This document shows positions 1 through 8,741 of a stretch of 64,000 nucleotides of DNA, one piece after another. Below the pieces are notes generated by a model that saw nothing but the letters and a program-made list of their open reading frames with translations, was not told the DNA's origin and made no database searches. Within the stretch, counting starts at the first letter, position 1, and every line of letters begins with the position of its first letter. The stretch is from positions 7,777 to 71,776 of the forward strand of contig DYFO01000002.1 in the NCBI GenBank assembly GCA_020725145.1, given 5' to 3'. The stretch comes from Symbiobacterium thermophilum. Lineage in GTDB: Bacteria; Bacillota; Sulfobacillia; UBA995. The position numbers were made by a program, and so were the translations under genes.

Positions 1-542
1 GCATCCTGCTCCTCACGGCTCACTCCGAACTCGCGTGCCATGGTATCGCCGTGGACACCCATGTGCACGTCCCGCACCGGGCACCACAGGCCGTCGTGCA
101 CGGTGGCGTCCAGCAGCTTGCCATGACCAAGGCGGTATCCCCAGCGTGCCTGCGGCACCAGGTACGGTCCCTGGCTCATGCTTTCCATGCCCCCGGCCAC
201 GACTACGTCCAGTTCACCGGCCCGGATCAGCGAGTCCGCCAGATTGACCGCTCGGAGGCTGGAAGCACAGACCTTATTGATGGTCTCGCTGGGCACCTCT
301 ACCGGCAGCCCGGCCTTGAGGGTGGCCTGCCGGGAGGGCACCTGACCGGCGCCCGCGCCGACCACCATCCCCATGAACACGTAGTCTACCTGCTCACCCT
401 TCAAGTCTGCGCGACGCACAGCCGCCGCGATGGCGGCCGCCCCCAGGTCAACGGCGGAGAGCTCTTTGAAGACCCCACCGAAGGATCCGAAGGGTGTCCG
501 AGCCGCCGCCACGATCACGGTGTCCCTGCCGCTACGCTTCAA
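1..542 (-). CDS. Acetyl-CoA C-acetyltransferase (thiolase II), N-terminal ~180 aa; the 3' part lies beyond the window start
   Basis: Not in the ORF track because it runs off the window. Manual reverse translation from TTG at 542-540 gives MKRSGRDTVIVAAARTPFGSFGGVFKELSAVDLGAAAIAAA...ETINKVCASSLRAVNL, a thiolase N-terminus with the nucleophile motif VCASS. Confidence 0.8.
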   Translation of the reverse strand, partial: MKRSGRDTVIVAAARTPFGSFGGVFKELSAVDLGAAAIAAAVRRADLKGEQVDYVFMGMVVGAGAGQVPSRQATLKAGLPVEVPSETINKVCASSLRAVNLADSLIRAGELDVVVAGGMESMSQGPYLVPQARWGYRLGHGKLLDATVHDGLWCPVRDVHMGVHGDTMAREFGVSREEQD

Positions 543-547
543 CCGCC

Positions 548-1363
548 TCAACCTCCGTCGATGAGTCTCTCTTCGCCCGAGTACACGTTCAGGCGACCGC
601 CCCGGGCGAAACCGACCACCGTCATCCCCAGACGCTCGGCCAGCTCCACCGCAAGGCCGGTGGGAGCGGAGCGCGAAAGGATCACGGGGATCCCGACACC
701 TGCCGCCTTCCTCACCACGTCCGACGAGATTCGCCCCGAAGTGACCAGCACCCTCTCCTCGGCGCTCAAGCCGTCCAGCGTCAGTCGGCCGATGGCTTTG
801 TCCACCGCGTTGTGGCGTCCGATGTCCTCGCGTAGCACGGGCGGCTCTTCTCCGGCGATCGGCGGGAGCACCGCTGAATGTGTGGCCCCGGTAGCCCGGT
901 GAAGCGGTGCCGCCCGGAGCAGGTCGACCAGCTCCAGGAGCCGTTCGCAGCTGACCCGAAGGCGACGTGAACTCTCGCCCAGGGGAAGCAGCCGTACGCG
1001 GTCGGGCAGGCTCAGGGCCCCTCCACAGCCCGGCGACAGCACTCTTCGGCCAAAGAAGCGCCGGGCAAAATCGGAGGGCTCGGCCGTGACCACCCGGACG
1101 ATACCTACCTGCCCGTCCACTTCCAGCGACCGCATATCCTCGCGGCAGCCGATGAATCCCTCGGTCCTCAGGAAACCCACGGCAAGCTCGTCCAGGTGGT
1201 CCGGAGTCGCCATCAGCGTTACCAGTTCGTCACCGTTGAGGAAGATGGTGAAGGCCGCTTCTTCGGCCACCAGATCCTCAACCCTTTCGAACCCGCCTCT
1301 TCGCCACCGGGTGACCTGCCGGGCGGAGGCCGCGCGCTCGCCCCCGGGGATCGCTCGAGACAA
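548..1363 (-). CDS. fdhD: Formate dehydrogenase accessory sulfurtransferase FdhD
   Basis: 271-aa ORF with the FdhD-family core REDIGRHNAVDKAIG and C-terminal VILSRSAPTGLAVELA. The stop lies 5 nt before the thiolase start. Confidence 0.85.
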   Translation of the reverse strand: MSRAIPGGERAASARQVTRWRRGGFERVEDLVAEEAAFTIFLNGDELVTLMATPDHLDELAVGFLRTEGFIGCREDMRSLEVDGQVGIVRVVTAEPSDFARRFFGRRVLSPGCGGALSLPDRVRLLPLGESSRRLRVSCERLLELVDLLRAAPLHRATGATHSAVLPPIAGEEPPVLREDIGRHNAVDKAIGRLTLDGLSAEERVLVTSGRISSDVVRKAAGVGIPVILSRSAPTGLAVELAERLGMTVVGFARGGRLNVYSGEERLIDGG

Positions 1364-1410
1364 ACAAACAGCCGCCTCTCGTGCTGGAAATCACAAACCT
1401 CTGAAGATTA

Positions 1411-1428
1411 CTTCCGCGATAGCGGAAG
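1411..1428. promoter_or_regulatory. Perfect inverted repeat CTTCCGC-gata-GCGGAAG in the divergent fdhD/rbr intergenic region (possible operator)
   Basis: Read directly from the sequence. It lies about 130 nt upstream of the rubrerythrin start. No PerR/Fur-type AT-rich box was seen. Confidence 0.25.
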
Positions 1429-1554
1429 CTTTCCCTCCCGGGGTCGACGGTCTACCGATAAGCCAGAGAATACGCCCGGGCCGGCAGAGGAAGGACTTTG
1501 CGGGCAGGAACTAGAAGATGTTGTGAAATGTCCGATGATGGAGGCTGGAGATCC

Positions 1555-2094
1555 ATGCGTTCCGAGCTCGAAGGGACTCGTACGTACCGGAACTTGCAGG
1601 CTGCCTTCGCAGGAGAATCCGAAGCACGCAACAAGTATACGTATTTTGCCAGCGTGGCCAGGAACGAGGGCTACCAGCAAATCATGGCGGTGTTCCTCGA
1701 GACCGCGGACAACGAAAAGGAACACGCCAAGCAATGGGCAAAGCTGCTTGGTCTCATCGGCGACACCGCCGCCAACCTTGAAGCGGCCGCGCAGGGCGAG
1801 CACCACGAATGGAGCCAGATGTACCGGGAGTTCGCCCAAACTGCCGAAGAGGAAGGGTTCGCCGACATCGCGGCGCTCTTCCGCGAGGTAGCGGAGGTCG
1901 AAGAACAGCACGAACTCAGGTATCGGCAGCTATTGGAACGCGTACGTACCGGCACCGTCTTTCGTCGTCCCTCCCCGATTGCCTGGCACTGCCGCAATTG
2001 CGGCTACGTTCATGTGGGAACCGAACCACCCGAGAACTGTCCTGCCTGCGCCCATCCTCGGGCCTTCTACGAGCCCAAGCCGGAAAACTACTGA
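1555..2094 (+). CDS. rbr: Rubrerythrin
   Basis: ORF 1498..2094; the likely start is the internal ATG ([28 protein letters not shown]...). Diiron ferritin-like E...ExxH motifs (EKEH, EEQH) are followed by a C-terminal rubredoxin-like CRNCG...CPAC. Confidence 0.9.
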   Translation: MRSELEGTRTYRNLQAAFAGESEARNKYTYFASVARNEGYQQIMAVFLETADNEKEHAKQWAKLLGLIGDTAANLEAAAQGEHHEWSQMYREFAQTAEEEGFADIAALFREVAEVEEQHELRYRQLLERVRTGTVFRRPSPIAWHCRNCGYVHVGTEPPENCPACAHPRAFYEPKPENY

Positions 2095-2113
2095 ATTCGG
2101 GAGGGCATGCGCC

Positions 2114-3337
2114 ATGAAGCGCTGGCGGTGCACGGTGTGCGGCTACATCCACGACGGTCCGGCACCGCCCGAGGTGTGTCCGGTGTGCGGGGCCACATCT
2201 GAGGCTTTCGAGGAAATCGGACCGGAGCCGGGAGGGTCTGAGGCGCCCTCAGCGCATCCGGTAGTGCCTTCGGTCGAGGCCGGGTCCGACCTCGCCGGTG
2301 CCCTGCGATCCCTGTCCTACGGGCTTTTCGTGGTAAGCTCGCGCAGCGGGGATAGGTTTAATGCTCAGACGTGCAACACCGTATTTCAAGTCACAAGTGA
2401 GCCCGTACAGCTGGCAGTGGGGATCAATCGCCGCAACTTGACTCACGCCTTCATTGAAGAAAGCAATGTGCTGGCCGTAACCGTGCTCGGTCGCGGAAAC
2501 TTCCAGGCCATCCGTCACTTCGGTGGCCAGTCTGGACGAAATATCGACAAACTTGCAGCGGTGCAGTACCACCTGTCTCCGCTGACAGGTTGCCCCATCC
2601 TCCCGTCCGGTAGCTACTACCTGGAGGGACGAGTGGACGCGGCACGGTCGACCGACCTCGGCACCCACACCCTCTTCATCGTTGAGGTGCTGGGAGGAGG
2701 CCCCTTGCGTCGCCGCGAACCCCTGACCTACGCATTGTATCAGCAAAACCGGTCGCGCCCCGCGTCCGCCCTGGATGACGTGGAATGGCAGCACGCAGTC
2801 ACCGCTCTGAATCTGGAGTATGCCGCTACTTGGCGCTATCGCGAACAGATCGCTCGCCTGGGATACCCTCGTCTGGTGGCTTTGCTGGAGGGTATCATGC
2901 GTACCGAACAGGACCACGTGGACGGAGCCCTCAAGTACCTGGAAGGCCGCCAGACCTCGGGGAACGGGCTGTCCTCGGCCTTGCTCCACACCCGGCTGAA
3001 CCTGGAGTTTGAGCGAGTCGCCCGAGATACCTATGCGCGCTTTGCAGCGGAAGTCGACGATCCCGGTCTTAAGTCGATGTTCGCGGCGCAAGCCCGCGCC
3101 GAGACCGGGCACCTGCGGATCTTTGAGGACCTGCTCAGGGAGATGGAGCAGGGGAGCTTCCCCATATCGATCTTCTGCACCCTGTGTGGCTGGTCGGTGG
3201 AGTTCGGACCCAATCCGCAGGTGGGCGAAGAGAAGACGTGCGAGAAGTGCGGTGCCGGTCTCCGGCTAGTACTGGTGGCCGGTAACTGGGCGGTCGAACG
3301 ACTTTCTCCGGAGGGGGTTAACCATGACCGCGGTTAA
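2114..3337 (+). CDS. Multidomain redox protein: rubredoxin + flavin reductase (FMN-binding split barrel) + ferritin/rubrerythrin-like diiron domain + C-terminal Zn-ribbon
   Basis: Likely start MKRWRCTVCGYIHDGPAPPEVCPVCG (rubredoxin CxxC..CxxC). A flavin-reductase-like segment follows (LSYGLFVVSSRSGDRFNAQTCNTVFQVTSEP...). Next is a helical region with two ExxH motifs (EQDH, ETGH), then CTLCG...CEKCG. Confidence 0.75.
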   Translation: MKRWRCTVCGYIHDGPAPPEVCPVCGATSEAFEEIGPEPGGSEAPSAHPVVPSVEAGSDLAGALRSLSYGLFVVSSRSGDRFNAQTCNTVFQVTSEPVQLAVGINRRNLTHAFIEESNVLAVTVLGRGNFQAIRHFGGQSGRNIDKLAAVQYHLSPLTGCPILPSGSYYLEGRVDAARSTDLGTHTLFIVEVLGGGPLRRREPLTYALYQQNRSRPASALDDVEWQHAVTALNLEYAATWRYREQIARLGYPRLVALLEGIMRTEQDHVDGALKYLEGRQTSGNGLSSALLHTRLNLEFERVARDTYARFAAEVDDPGLKSMFAAQARAETGHLRIFEDLLREMEQGSFPISIFCTLCGWSVEFGPNPQVGEEKTCEKCGAGLRLVLVAGNWAVERLSPEGVNHDRG

Positions 3338-3689
3338 TGAGGTGTATCAGTGCAGGGTTTGCACCAACTTGGTGGAAGTGTTGCGCGCCGGCAAGGGCAC
3401 GCTGGTATGTTGCGGCCAGCCTATGGAGCGCATGGAGGAACACACACAAGACTCCGGTTACGAAAAGCACGTGCCGGTCAGAGAAGGAACCTCCGTCAGG
3501 GTGGGAAGTGTTGAGCATCCGATGACCGAACAGCACCACATCGAATGGATCGCGCTCGTGGCCGACCGCTGGGTAGCCCGTGTCTTCCTCAAGCCCGGAG
3601 ACAGCCCCCATGCTGATTTCCCGTCCTTGCCCGGCACACCGTCCGCCGCCAGGGCCTACTGCAACCTGCATGGCCTTTGGAAGGGATAG
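3324..3689 (+). CDS. dfx: Desulfoferrodoxin (2Fe superoxide reductase)
   Basis: 121 aa. N-terminal desulforedoxin motif CRVC...CCGQPM, and a C-terminal neelaredoxin-like domain with EHPMTEQHHIEW and YCNLHGLW. Overlaps the upstream gene by 14 nt. Confidence 0.9.
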   Translation: MTAVNEVYQCRVCTNLVEVLRAGKGTLVCCGQPMERMEEHTQDSGYEKHVPVREGTSVRVGSVEHPMTEQHHIEWIALVADRWVARVFLKPGDSPHADFPSLPGTPSAARAYCNLHGLWKG

Positions 3690-3713
3690 CGGTCGTTCGT
3701 AGCGTCCGCTCCC

Positions 3714-3746
3714 AAGCCCGGCATCCCCGACGCCGGGCTTTTGCTC
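3714..3746 (+). terminator. Rho-independent terminator after dfx
   Basis: AAGCCCGGC-atccccgac-GCCGGGCTT stem followed by TTGCTCT, about 25 nt after the dfx stop. Confidence 0.6.
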
Positions 3747-3820
3747 TGGCAGGCCCCGATCCCTACCAAACGGCAGGACGAACTTCCCCGGAGGCCGAAT
3801 GCGTGGGAGGAGGTGCATGA

Positions 3821-5941
3821 ATGCAGTTGCCGTACTACGACCGGGAGATCATGGATCGGTTCTTCCGCCCCCGCGCGGTGGCGATCGTCGGCGTTTCCCG
3901 CACCACCGGTGCAGGCACTTTCAACATCCTCGAAAACCTGCTCGACTACGGTTACACAGGCAGGCTGTATCCGGTTAATCCCAACGCGGCCGAGATCCTG
4001 GGGGTAAGGTGCTATGCCTCGGTGCGGGAGTTACCCGAAGTGCCCGACCTGGCCATAATCACGCTCCCGCGCCATCTGGTACCGCAGGCAGCCCGCGACT
4101 GCGCCAAGACGGGTATCCGTGCGATTATCGTGGTGACTCAGGGTTTCGCGGAGGCGGACGCCGAGGGAGCACGGCTGCAAGAGGAATTCTTGGCCGCACT
4201 GCGCACGGCAGGCGCCCGCATGATCGGGCCGAATACGCTCGGTACGGTGAACGTTTTCGAACGTTTCTCCAGTTCCTTTGCCCCCATCAGGCGAACCGAG
4301 CCCTTGCCCACGGGCATGATCTGCCAGACCGGTTTCTTCCTGGCGGTTGACCTTGCACCCTCGGTAGGACTGGGCATCGGGGTAGACGTGGGCAACGCGG
4401 TGGACCTCGGCGTGGTGGAATGCCTGGGCTACCTCGCCGACGACGACCGGCTTCAGGTGATCGCCATCCACCTTGAGGGTCTTGACCGGGGAAGGGAATT
4501 CTTCGAACTTGCCAGGGAGGTGACGCGGCGTAAGCCGGTCCTGGTGCTCAAGACCGCGCGGAGCGCCGCGGGCGCGGAGGTGGCAGGCTCCCACACCGGT
4601 TCGCTTGCCGGAGAGGATGCGGTCTACCAGGCTGCCTTTGACCAGGCGGGGGTCCTACGAGTGGGCGACGTGGACGAGCTTGACGATGTGGTCAAGGCCT
4701 TTTTGCACCTGCCCCCGCTGCGCGGCAAGCGTGTGGCCATCGTGACCGCCACCGGAGGCGGAGGGATCATGGCCGTCGATGCCTGTTCGGATTACGGACT
4801 GGAGCTGGCGACCTTCGGCGAGGGCACGCTGGCCGAACTCCGCGCGATCGCGCCTTCTTGGTTTCAGCCCGGCAACCCCATGGACGTTTGGCCGGCCACC
4901 ATCGGCAAGCCCTATCCCCCCACCTTCGCCCACATCTTCACACTGATCTTGAACGACCCCGGAGTGGACGCCGTGTTGTGCATCGGCGGAGCGATGGCCA
5001 CCACCGGCCCCGACCTCGCCGATTTCATCGAGGCCGCGGCCGGCCTGCAGCGCGACAAGCCCATAGTCTGGTGGGTGCAGGGCCAAAGCGCCCCCGAGAT
5101 CGCCGCCCGGGTGGAAAGATCCCGCACCGTGGCCGTGTATCCGTCGCCCGAGCGCGCGGTGCGCGCGCTGGCCCGCCTGTACGAGTACTACTCGCGCGTC
5201 CACGGGCGCGCCATCGACCCCCCCGTTGCGGTTCCCGGGCTCGATGCCGTCGCAGCCGGGCGGCGTCTTGGGGCGACCGGACCGGGGTTCATGGGGCCCG
5301 AGGCCTTCGATCTCCTCGCCGACTACGGAATCAAGGTGGCGCCGTGGGGGCGGGCAGCTTCACCCGCGGAGGCGGGGCGCCTGGCCGACGCGCTCGGCTA
5401 CCCGGTGGCGGTCAAGGCGTTTGGGCCCGGCCTGGTGCACAAGAGCGACCGGGGCGCGGTTGCGCTCGACCTCCGGTCGCGTCAAGAAGCCGAAGCCGCC
5501 GCCACCTCGGTGTTGGAGCGTTGTCCGGATGCCTGCGGCCTCCTGGTGCAGCGTTTCGTGCCCGCCGGGTACGAGGTGATTCTCGGCGGCAAGCAGGACG
5601 CCCAGTTCGGTCCGGTGGTCCTCTTGGGTACCGGAGGTGTCCTCACCGAGCTCGTACAGGACGTCTGCCTTGGTCTGGCTCCGCTCTCTTGGCACGAGGC
5701 CGCCCGCATGCTGGGGAAGACGCGGGTCTTCCAGGTGCTTTCGGGACTGCGGGGCAAAGCTCCGGGCGACGTCGACGCACTCCTTGGCTGCCTGGTCCGC
5801 CTGTCGTGGCTGGTTGCCAACCATCCGGAGATACTGGAACTGGACGTAAACCCGTTGCTGGTTCTCCCCGCCGGCCAAGGCTGCGTGGCCGTCGACGCAA
5901 GGGTCAGGGTGGCCGGCAGGGAGGAGACGGTGGGCTGTTGA
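3821..5941 (+). CDS. ADP-forming acetyl/acyl-CoA synthetase family protein (fused CoA-binding, CoA-ligase and ATP-grasp domains)
   Basis: 706 aa. N-terminus FFRPRAVAIVGVSR...YPVNP...IIVVTQGFAE...IGPNTLG is typical of the NDP-forming acyl-CoA synthetase alpha part. The C-terminal ~220 aa is ATP-grasp-like. Strong RBS GGGAGGAGGTG. Confidence 0.85.
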   Translation: MQLPYYDREIMDRFFRPRAVAIVGVSRTTGAGTFNILENLLDYGYTGRLYPVNPNAAEILGVRCYASVRELPEVPDLAIITLPRHLVPQAARDCAKTGIRAIIVVTQGFAEADAEGARLQEEFLAALRTAGARMIGPNTLGTVNVFERFSSSFAPIRRTEPLPTGMICQTGFFLAVDLAPSVGLGIGVDVGNAVDLGVVECLGYLADDDRLQVIAIHLEGLDRGREFFELAREVTRRKPVLVLKTARSAAGAEVAGSHTGSLAGEDAVYQAAFDQAGVLRVGDVDELDDVVKAFLHLPPLRGKRVAIVTATGGGGIMAVDACSDYGLELATFGEGTLAELRAIAPSWFQPGNPMDVWPATIGKPYPPTFAHIFTLILNDPGVDAVLCIGGAMATTGPDLADFIEAAAGLQRDKPIVWWVQGQSAPEIAARVERSRTVAVYPSPERAVRALARLYEYYSRVHGRAIDPPVAVPGLDAVAAGRRLGATGPGFMGPEAFDLLADYGIKVAPWGRAASPAEAGRLADALGYPVAVKAFGPGLVHKSDRGAVALDLRSRQEAEAAATSVLERCPDACGLLVQRFVPAGYEVILGGKQDAQFGPVVLLGTGGVLTELVQDVCLGLAPLSWHEAARMLGKTRVFQVLSGLRGKAPGDVDALLGCLVRLSWLVANHPEILELDVNPLLVLPAGQGCVAVDARVRVAGREETVGC

Positions 5942-5983
5942 AGTGCCTGGGGACTCGGCAAGTGCGGGAGGGGTGCGAGAACC

Positions 5984-7363
5984 TTGAAGAGCTGGTTGAA
6001 AGAGCTGGTGCGCGGTAAGCCTGCCGATTTTGTGGAGATCCGGCTGGAAGAGAGCATGCTGACGCAGATTCGCTTCATGGGTCCGGTGCTGCAGAACATC
6101 GCCGAGTCGGTGTCCTTCGGCGGCAACGTCCGGGCGCTGGTGAACGGCGGGTGGGGACTTGTGTGCTTCAACCGCCTGGACGATCTCGAACACCGAGTCG
6201 ACCAGGCCATCGCCCAGGCACGGCAAGTTGCCGCCCTGGCGACCACGCCGGTGAAGCTCGCACCCGTCAACCCGGTTGAGGACCGAGACCCCCTGCCACC
6301 CGGCGTTGACCCGGCAGCCCTCGACCTCGGGACCAAGAAGGCCATCCTGGATGGCTACAACGCGGCCATCCTGTCGTTCGGTCCACCGGTGGTGAGCTCT
6401 CAGATCCGCTACCGCGATATACACTCCCGGATAACCTACGTCAACAGCGAGGGGACCTTCATTGAGCGCCACAGCCTGGATGTGGCGGCCAATATCGTGG
6501 CGGTAGCCATGAAGGATGGGCTGACCCAGTTCGGACGGGTTTCGATGGGCGACAAGGCAGGCTACGAGGTGCTCCGCGGGCACGAGGGAGAGGTCCTGAA
6601 AGCCTGCCAGAGAGCTTGCGAAATGCTGGAGGCTCCGGTTGTGCGGGGAGGTCAGTACCCGGTGGTGTGCGATCCCGAGCTCGCCGGGGTGTTCATCCAC
6701 GAGGCCTTCGGGCATCTGTCGGAGGCCGACAACGTGTATGAAAACCCCCGTTTGCAGGAGGTCATGACCCTCGGCCGCCGCTTCGGCGAGGCCCACCTCT
6801 CCGTCTACGACACCGGGCTGGAGCCAGGGGTGCAGGGATACCTCAAGTACGATGACGAGGGGGTGCCCACCCGCAAGGTGTACCTGATCAGGGAAGGACT
6901 GCTGGTGGGCAGGCTGCACTCCCGGGAGACGGCGGGAAGGATGGGCGAGCTCCCCACGGGCAACGCGCGCGCCCTGGACTACCGTTTCCCCCCGATCCCG
7001 CGCATGCGGACCACGGCCATCGAGGCGGGGGAAGCCAGCTTTGAGGATATGCTCGAAGGTATCGAGCTCGGCGTCTACGCCAAAGGGGCGTACGGTGGCC
7101 AGACGTCCGGCGAGATGTTCACCTTCACCGCGGAGGAAGCCTTCATGATTCGCCACGGCCGGTTGGCCGAACGGGTCCGCGATGTGACGCTTAGCGGCAA
7201 TGTGTTCTTCACCCTCAAGAACATCGACCGCGTCGGGCGCGACTGGACCATCAGAGGTGGCGCAGGAGGATGCGGCAAAGGAGAGCAGGCGCCTCTGCCG
7301 GTCTCGGAGGGAGCACCGCACATCCGCATCCAGAAGGTCATCGTGGGGGGTAAGGGGACGTGA
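5984..7363 (+). CDS. tldD: TldD-family metalloprotease
   Basis: 459 aa with the HEAFGHLSEAD (HExxxH) motif and C-terminal GGxxGCGK-type segment. Translationally coupled to the next gene by a 4-nt overlap. Confidence 0.85.
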   Translation: MKSWLKELVRGKPADFVEIRLEESMLTQIRFMGPVLQNIAESVSFGGNVRALVNGGWGLVCFNRLDDLEHRVDQAIAQARQVAALATTPVKLAPVNPVEDRDPLPPGVDPAALDLGTKKAILDGYNAAILSFGPPVVSSQIRYRDIHSRITYVNSEGTFIERHSLDVAANIVAVAMKDGLTQFGRVSMGDKAGYEVLRGHEGEVLKACQRACEMLEAPVVRGGQYPVVCDPELAGVFIHEAFGHLSEADNVYENPRLQEVMTLGRRFGEAHLSVYDTGLEPGVQGYLKYDDEGVPTRKVYLIREGLLVGRLHSRETAGRMGELPTGNARALDYRFPPIPRMRTTAIEAGEASFEDMLEGIELGVYAKGAYGGQTSGEMFTFTAEEAFMIRHGRLAERVRDVTLSGNVFFTLKNIDRVGRDWTIRGGAGGCGKGEQAPLPVSEGAPHIRIQKVIVGGKGT

Positions 7364-8700
7364 CACGACAGGAGGACTTCCGGCCGGAGAATGTCCTGGA
7401 GACGGCCTTGACCCGCTGCGGGGCGGCAGAGGTCTACTACCACCAGTCAACTTCAACGCCGGTGGAGTTCGACGCCAACCGCCTCAAGCAGGTACGCACG
7501 GCGTACAGCGCCGGCTTGGCTTTGCGGGTTGTCGCCGACGGTAAGATCGGCTTTGCCACCACCACCAAGCCCGGAGACGAAGCGGGGTTGGTGGAGCGGG
7601 CCCTGGCGGCGGCGCGCTATGGCCAAGAGGCGACCTTCGCCTTCCCGTGTCCGGAGGCGACCGCAGCCGGGCCCGACGACTTCCACCATCGTCAGGTGGC
7701 GGAATTTCCCCTGGAGCGGATGATCGACATCGGCCGCGACTTCGTGAACGCGGTCATCGCCGCCGAGCCTGCCGCCCTGGCGGCCGCAAGGGTTCAAAAG
7801 GAGTTGAAGCAGGTTCGCCTGCTGAACTCGGCCGGCGCCGACCTTGCCTACCGCCGCACCGGCTTCTCGGCGTTCTTCGCCATCGAGCTTGTCGAACAGG
7901 AGAACATGCTCTCGGTGTATGAGGGCCGGTGGTCCAGCGGCTACCCCGGCGACGAGATCCCCGCCCTGCAGGAAACCGCCCTCGAACACCTGCGCCAGGG
8001 AAGAACGAACGTTCCGATGGCGCCCGGAAGTTACCCGGTCGTCCTGACCCCCCACGCCGTTCGCGATCTCCTGGGACCGCTCCGCGCCTGCCTGGACGGC
8101 TCGCTGGCCGAGCGGGGCATCTCTCCCTGGACCAACCGTCTCGGTGACCCGCTGCTCAGCCCCACGGTCACCCTGGAGGACAACCCGCTTCTGCCGGACG
8201 GCCCCATGTCCGCGCCGTTTGACGACGAGGGCCTGCCCTGCCGGCCCGCCTCGCTGATCCGAGACGGCGTACTTGCGGGGTTTTACCTCGACCTCAAGTC
8301 GGCGGCCGGCCTGGGAAGGCGGCCCACCGGAAACGGTCTGCGCTCGGGGCTGGAGAGCCCTCCCGCACCTGCGCTCTCTAACCTCGTGCTGTCCCCGGGA
8401 GAAATGTCCTGGCGAGAACTGGTCAAAGACATCGATCGTGGACTGCTCGTCGTCCATCTCATGGGCGCGTGGGCGGGCAACCTGCTCGCCGGCGAGGTCA
8501 GCGGTAACGTGCTGCTGGGCTACCGTATCGACAAGGGCGAGATCGTGGGTCGGGTGAAAGACTGCATGCTCTCGGTCAACGCCTTCGAGGCTCTCGGGTC
8601 GCGGCTACGGGGGCTAAGCCGGGAGACCGGCTGGTCGGTGAATTTCCGGCTCCCCTACGTGGCCGTGGACGAGGTATCCATAAGCACCAAGACCGGCTGA
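7360..8700 (+). CDS. pmbA: PmbA/TldE-family protein (TldD partner)
   Basis: 446 aa, a TldD/PmbA-fold paralogue lacking HExxxH, located directly downstream of tldD. Confidence 0.8.
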   Translation: MTRQEDFRPENVLETALTRCGAAEVYYHQSTSTPVEFDANRLKQVRTAYSAGLALRVVADGKIGFATTTKPGDEAGLVERALAAARYGQEATFAFPCPEATAAGPDDFHHRQVAEFPLERMIDIGRDFVNAVIAAEPAALAAARVQKELKQVRLLNSAGADLAYRRTGFSAFFAIELVEQENMLSVYEGRWSSGYPGDEIPALQETALEHLRQGRTNVPMAPGSYPVVLTPHAVRDLLGPLRACLDGSLAERGISPWTNRLGDPLLSPTVTLEDNPLLPDGPMSAPFDDEGLPCRPASLIRDGVLAGFYLDLKSAAGLGRRPTGNGLRSGLESPPAPALSNLVLSPGEMSWRELVKDIDRGLLVVHLMGAWAGNLLAGEVSGNVLLGYRIDKGEIVGRVKDCMLSVNAFEALGSRLRGLSRETGWSVNFRLPYVAVDEVSISTKTG

Positions 8701-8702
8701 GC

Positions 8703-8741
8703 GAAGTCACCGGGGGGCGCACCGCGCCCCCCGGTGACTTC
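8703..8741. terminator. Bidirectional terminator-like perfect 18-bp inverted repeat between convergent genes
   Basis: GAAGTCACCGGGGGGCGC-acc-GCGCCCCCCGGTGACTTC. It lies between the pmbA stop (8700) and the stop of the minus-strand regulator (8740), which it overlaps. Confidence 0.6.

Noticed and set aside
1982-1999. A sigma-54-like TGGCAC...TTGC string.
   Set aside because: The spacing between the GG and GC elements is 3 nt too long, and the site lies inside the rubrerythrin coding sequence.
4858-7456. Long alternative-frame and antisense ORFs (for example 4858-6018 +, 386 aa, and 5360-7456 -, 698 aa). Similar cases are 13121-14794, 16448-17482 and 38192-40228.
   Set aside because: Their translations are Arg/Pro/Gly/Ala-rich and low in complexity, as expected from off-frame reading of very GC-rich coding DNA. 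They overlap well-supported genes that carry catalytic motifs.
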